A stretch of DNA of 63,692 bases, the filler included, from Asterionella formosa (Eukaryota): the NCBI GenBank assembly GCA_002256025.1. It is 26 parts of 26 records of this genome, joined end to end, with 100 filler letters (N's around TTAATTAATTAA, not from the genome) between each part and the next. Parts side by side here need not be neighbours in the genome. Positions count along the whole stretch, not along the records: positions 62,605 to 63,692 come from NKIB01004417.1; 25 more parts are not named here. One strand, given 5' to 3'. The notes beneath the pieces were generated by a model, which was given only the letters and a program-made list of their open reading frames with translations, was not told the origin of the DNA and made no database searches. The position numbers and the translations under genes are program-made. Each line of letters opens with the position of its first letter. Positions within the stretch are counted from its first letter, which is position 1. This document shows positions 63,333 through 63,692 of this stretch, piece after piece.

Positions 63333-63692
63333 TCAATAGGCGAAATCACTGGAGAAAGCAATGAATTTACCAGGGAAGAGAAGCTCCTCTGTAATAAATT
63401 TAGATCCGGTGTAGAGGAACGGAGTGCCAATGAGGAGGAAGAACAACGGGTTGATTCTCAACACAGTCGACAAGAGTTCGAAACCAATACCAAGCCAAAC
63501 ACTTGTGAGAACAATAATGGCGGGAAGGTAGAGAAGATTTGATCTGAATTGGTCTTCTTTCAATGTGACAGTGCAAATTCCAGTGTCGATCTAGCATTTT
63601 GGAGATGTTGAGACTGCAAACTTCGATCCAGTTTCCTTGAGCTCCGTCTTCAATGCGTCAAACTCAGCATCTGGCATCATCGGTTCACCTTT
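63333..63692 (-). pseudogene. PGRL1: PGRL1 central fragment with premature stop and 3' truncation
   Basis: GEPMMPDAEFDALKTELKETGSKFAVSTSPKC*IDTGIC..EDQFRSNLLYLP plus two TM helices. TAG at 63591-63593, and the C-terminal CxxC region is missing. Confidence 0.8.

Overview
Eukaryotic genomic DNA, most likely from a diatom (short GT-AG introns, bipartite 'ASAFAP'-type plastid presequences, PGRL1, diatom-type transposons). The window is not continuous: it is 26 contigs joined by 25 artificial 100-nt N spacers carrying TTAATTAATTAA. Two contigs are ~17.5 kb (8338-25859, 30717-48237) and the rest ~1.09 kb, so adjacency across spacers means nothing. Host genes: NmrA-like protein, secreted ricin-B/Cys-rich protein, 4-exon Rheb with an atypical G4 motif, RIC1, plastid GNAT, PTPMT1-like phosphatase, sulfotransferase, two tandem ankyrin paralogues, the 3' end of glutamate synthase, and an intron-split reprolysin (M12B) metalloprotease fused to two hevein domains that the ORF track misses. 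Much of the rest is transposon debris (Copia, Gypsy, two LINE types, pogo-like, Plavaka-like, one unclassified element), two broken PGRL1 fragments and two Crinkler-type REase copies. The most striking unexplained pattern is a large excess of TA-anchored short palindromes (TACCGGTA, TACCWGGTA). They are polymorphic between repeat copies and match the ends of TA-flanked elements in the window, which suggests stacked transposon excision footprints. All family calls come from motif recognition by eye; no database search was run.
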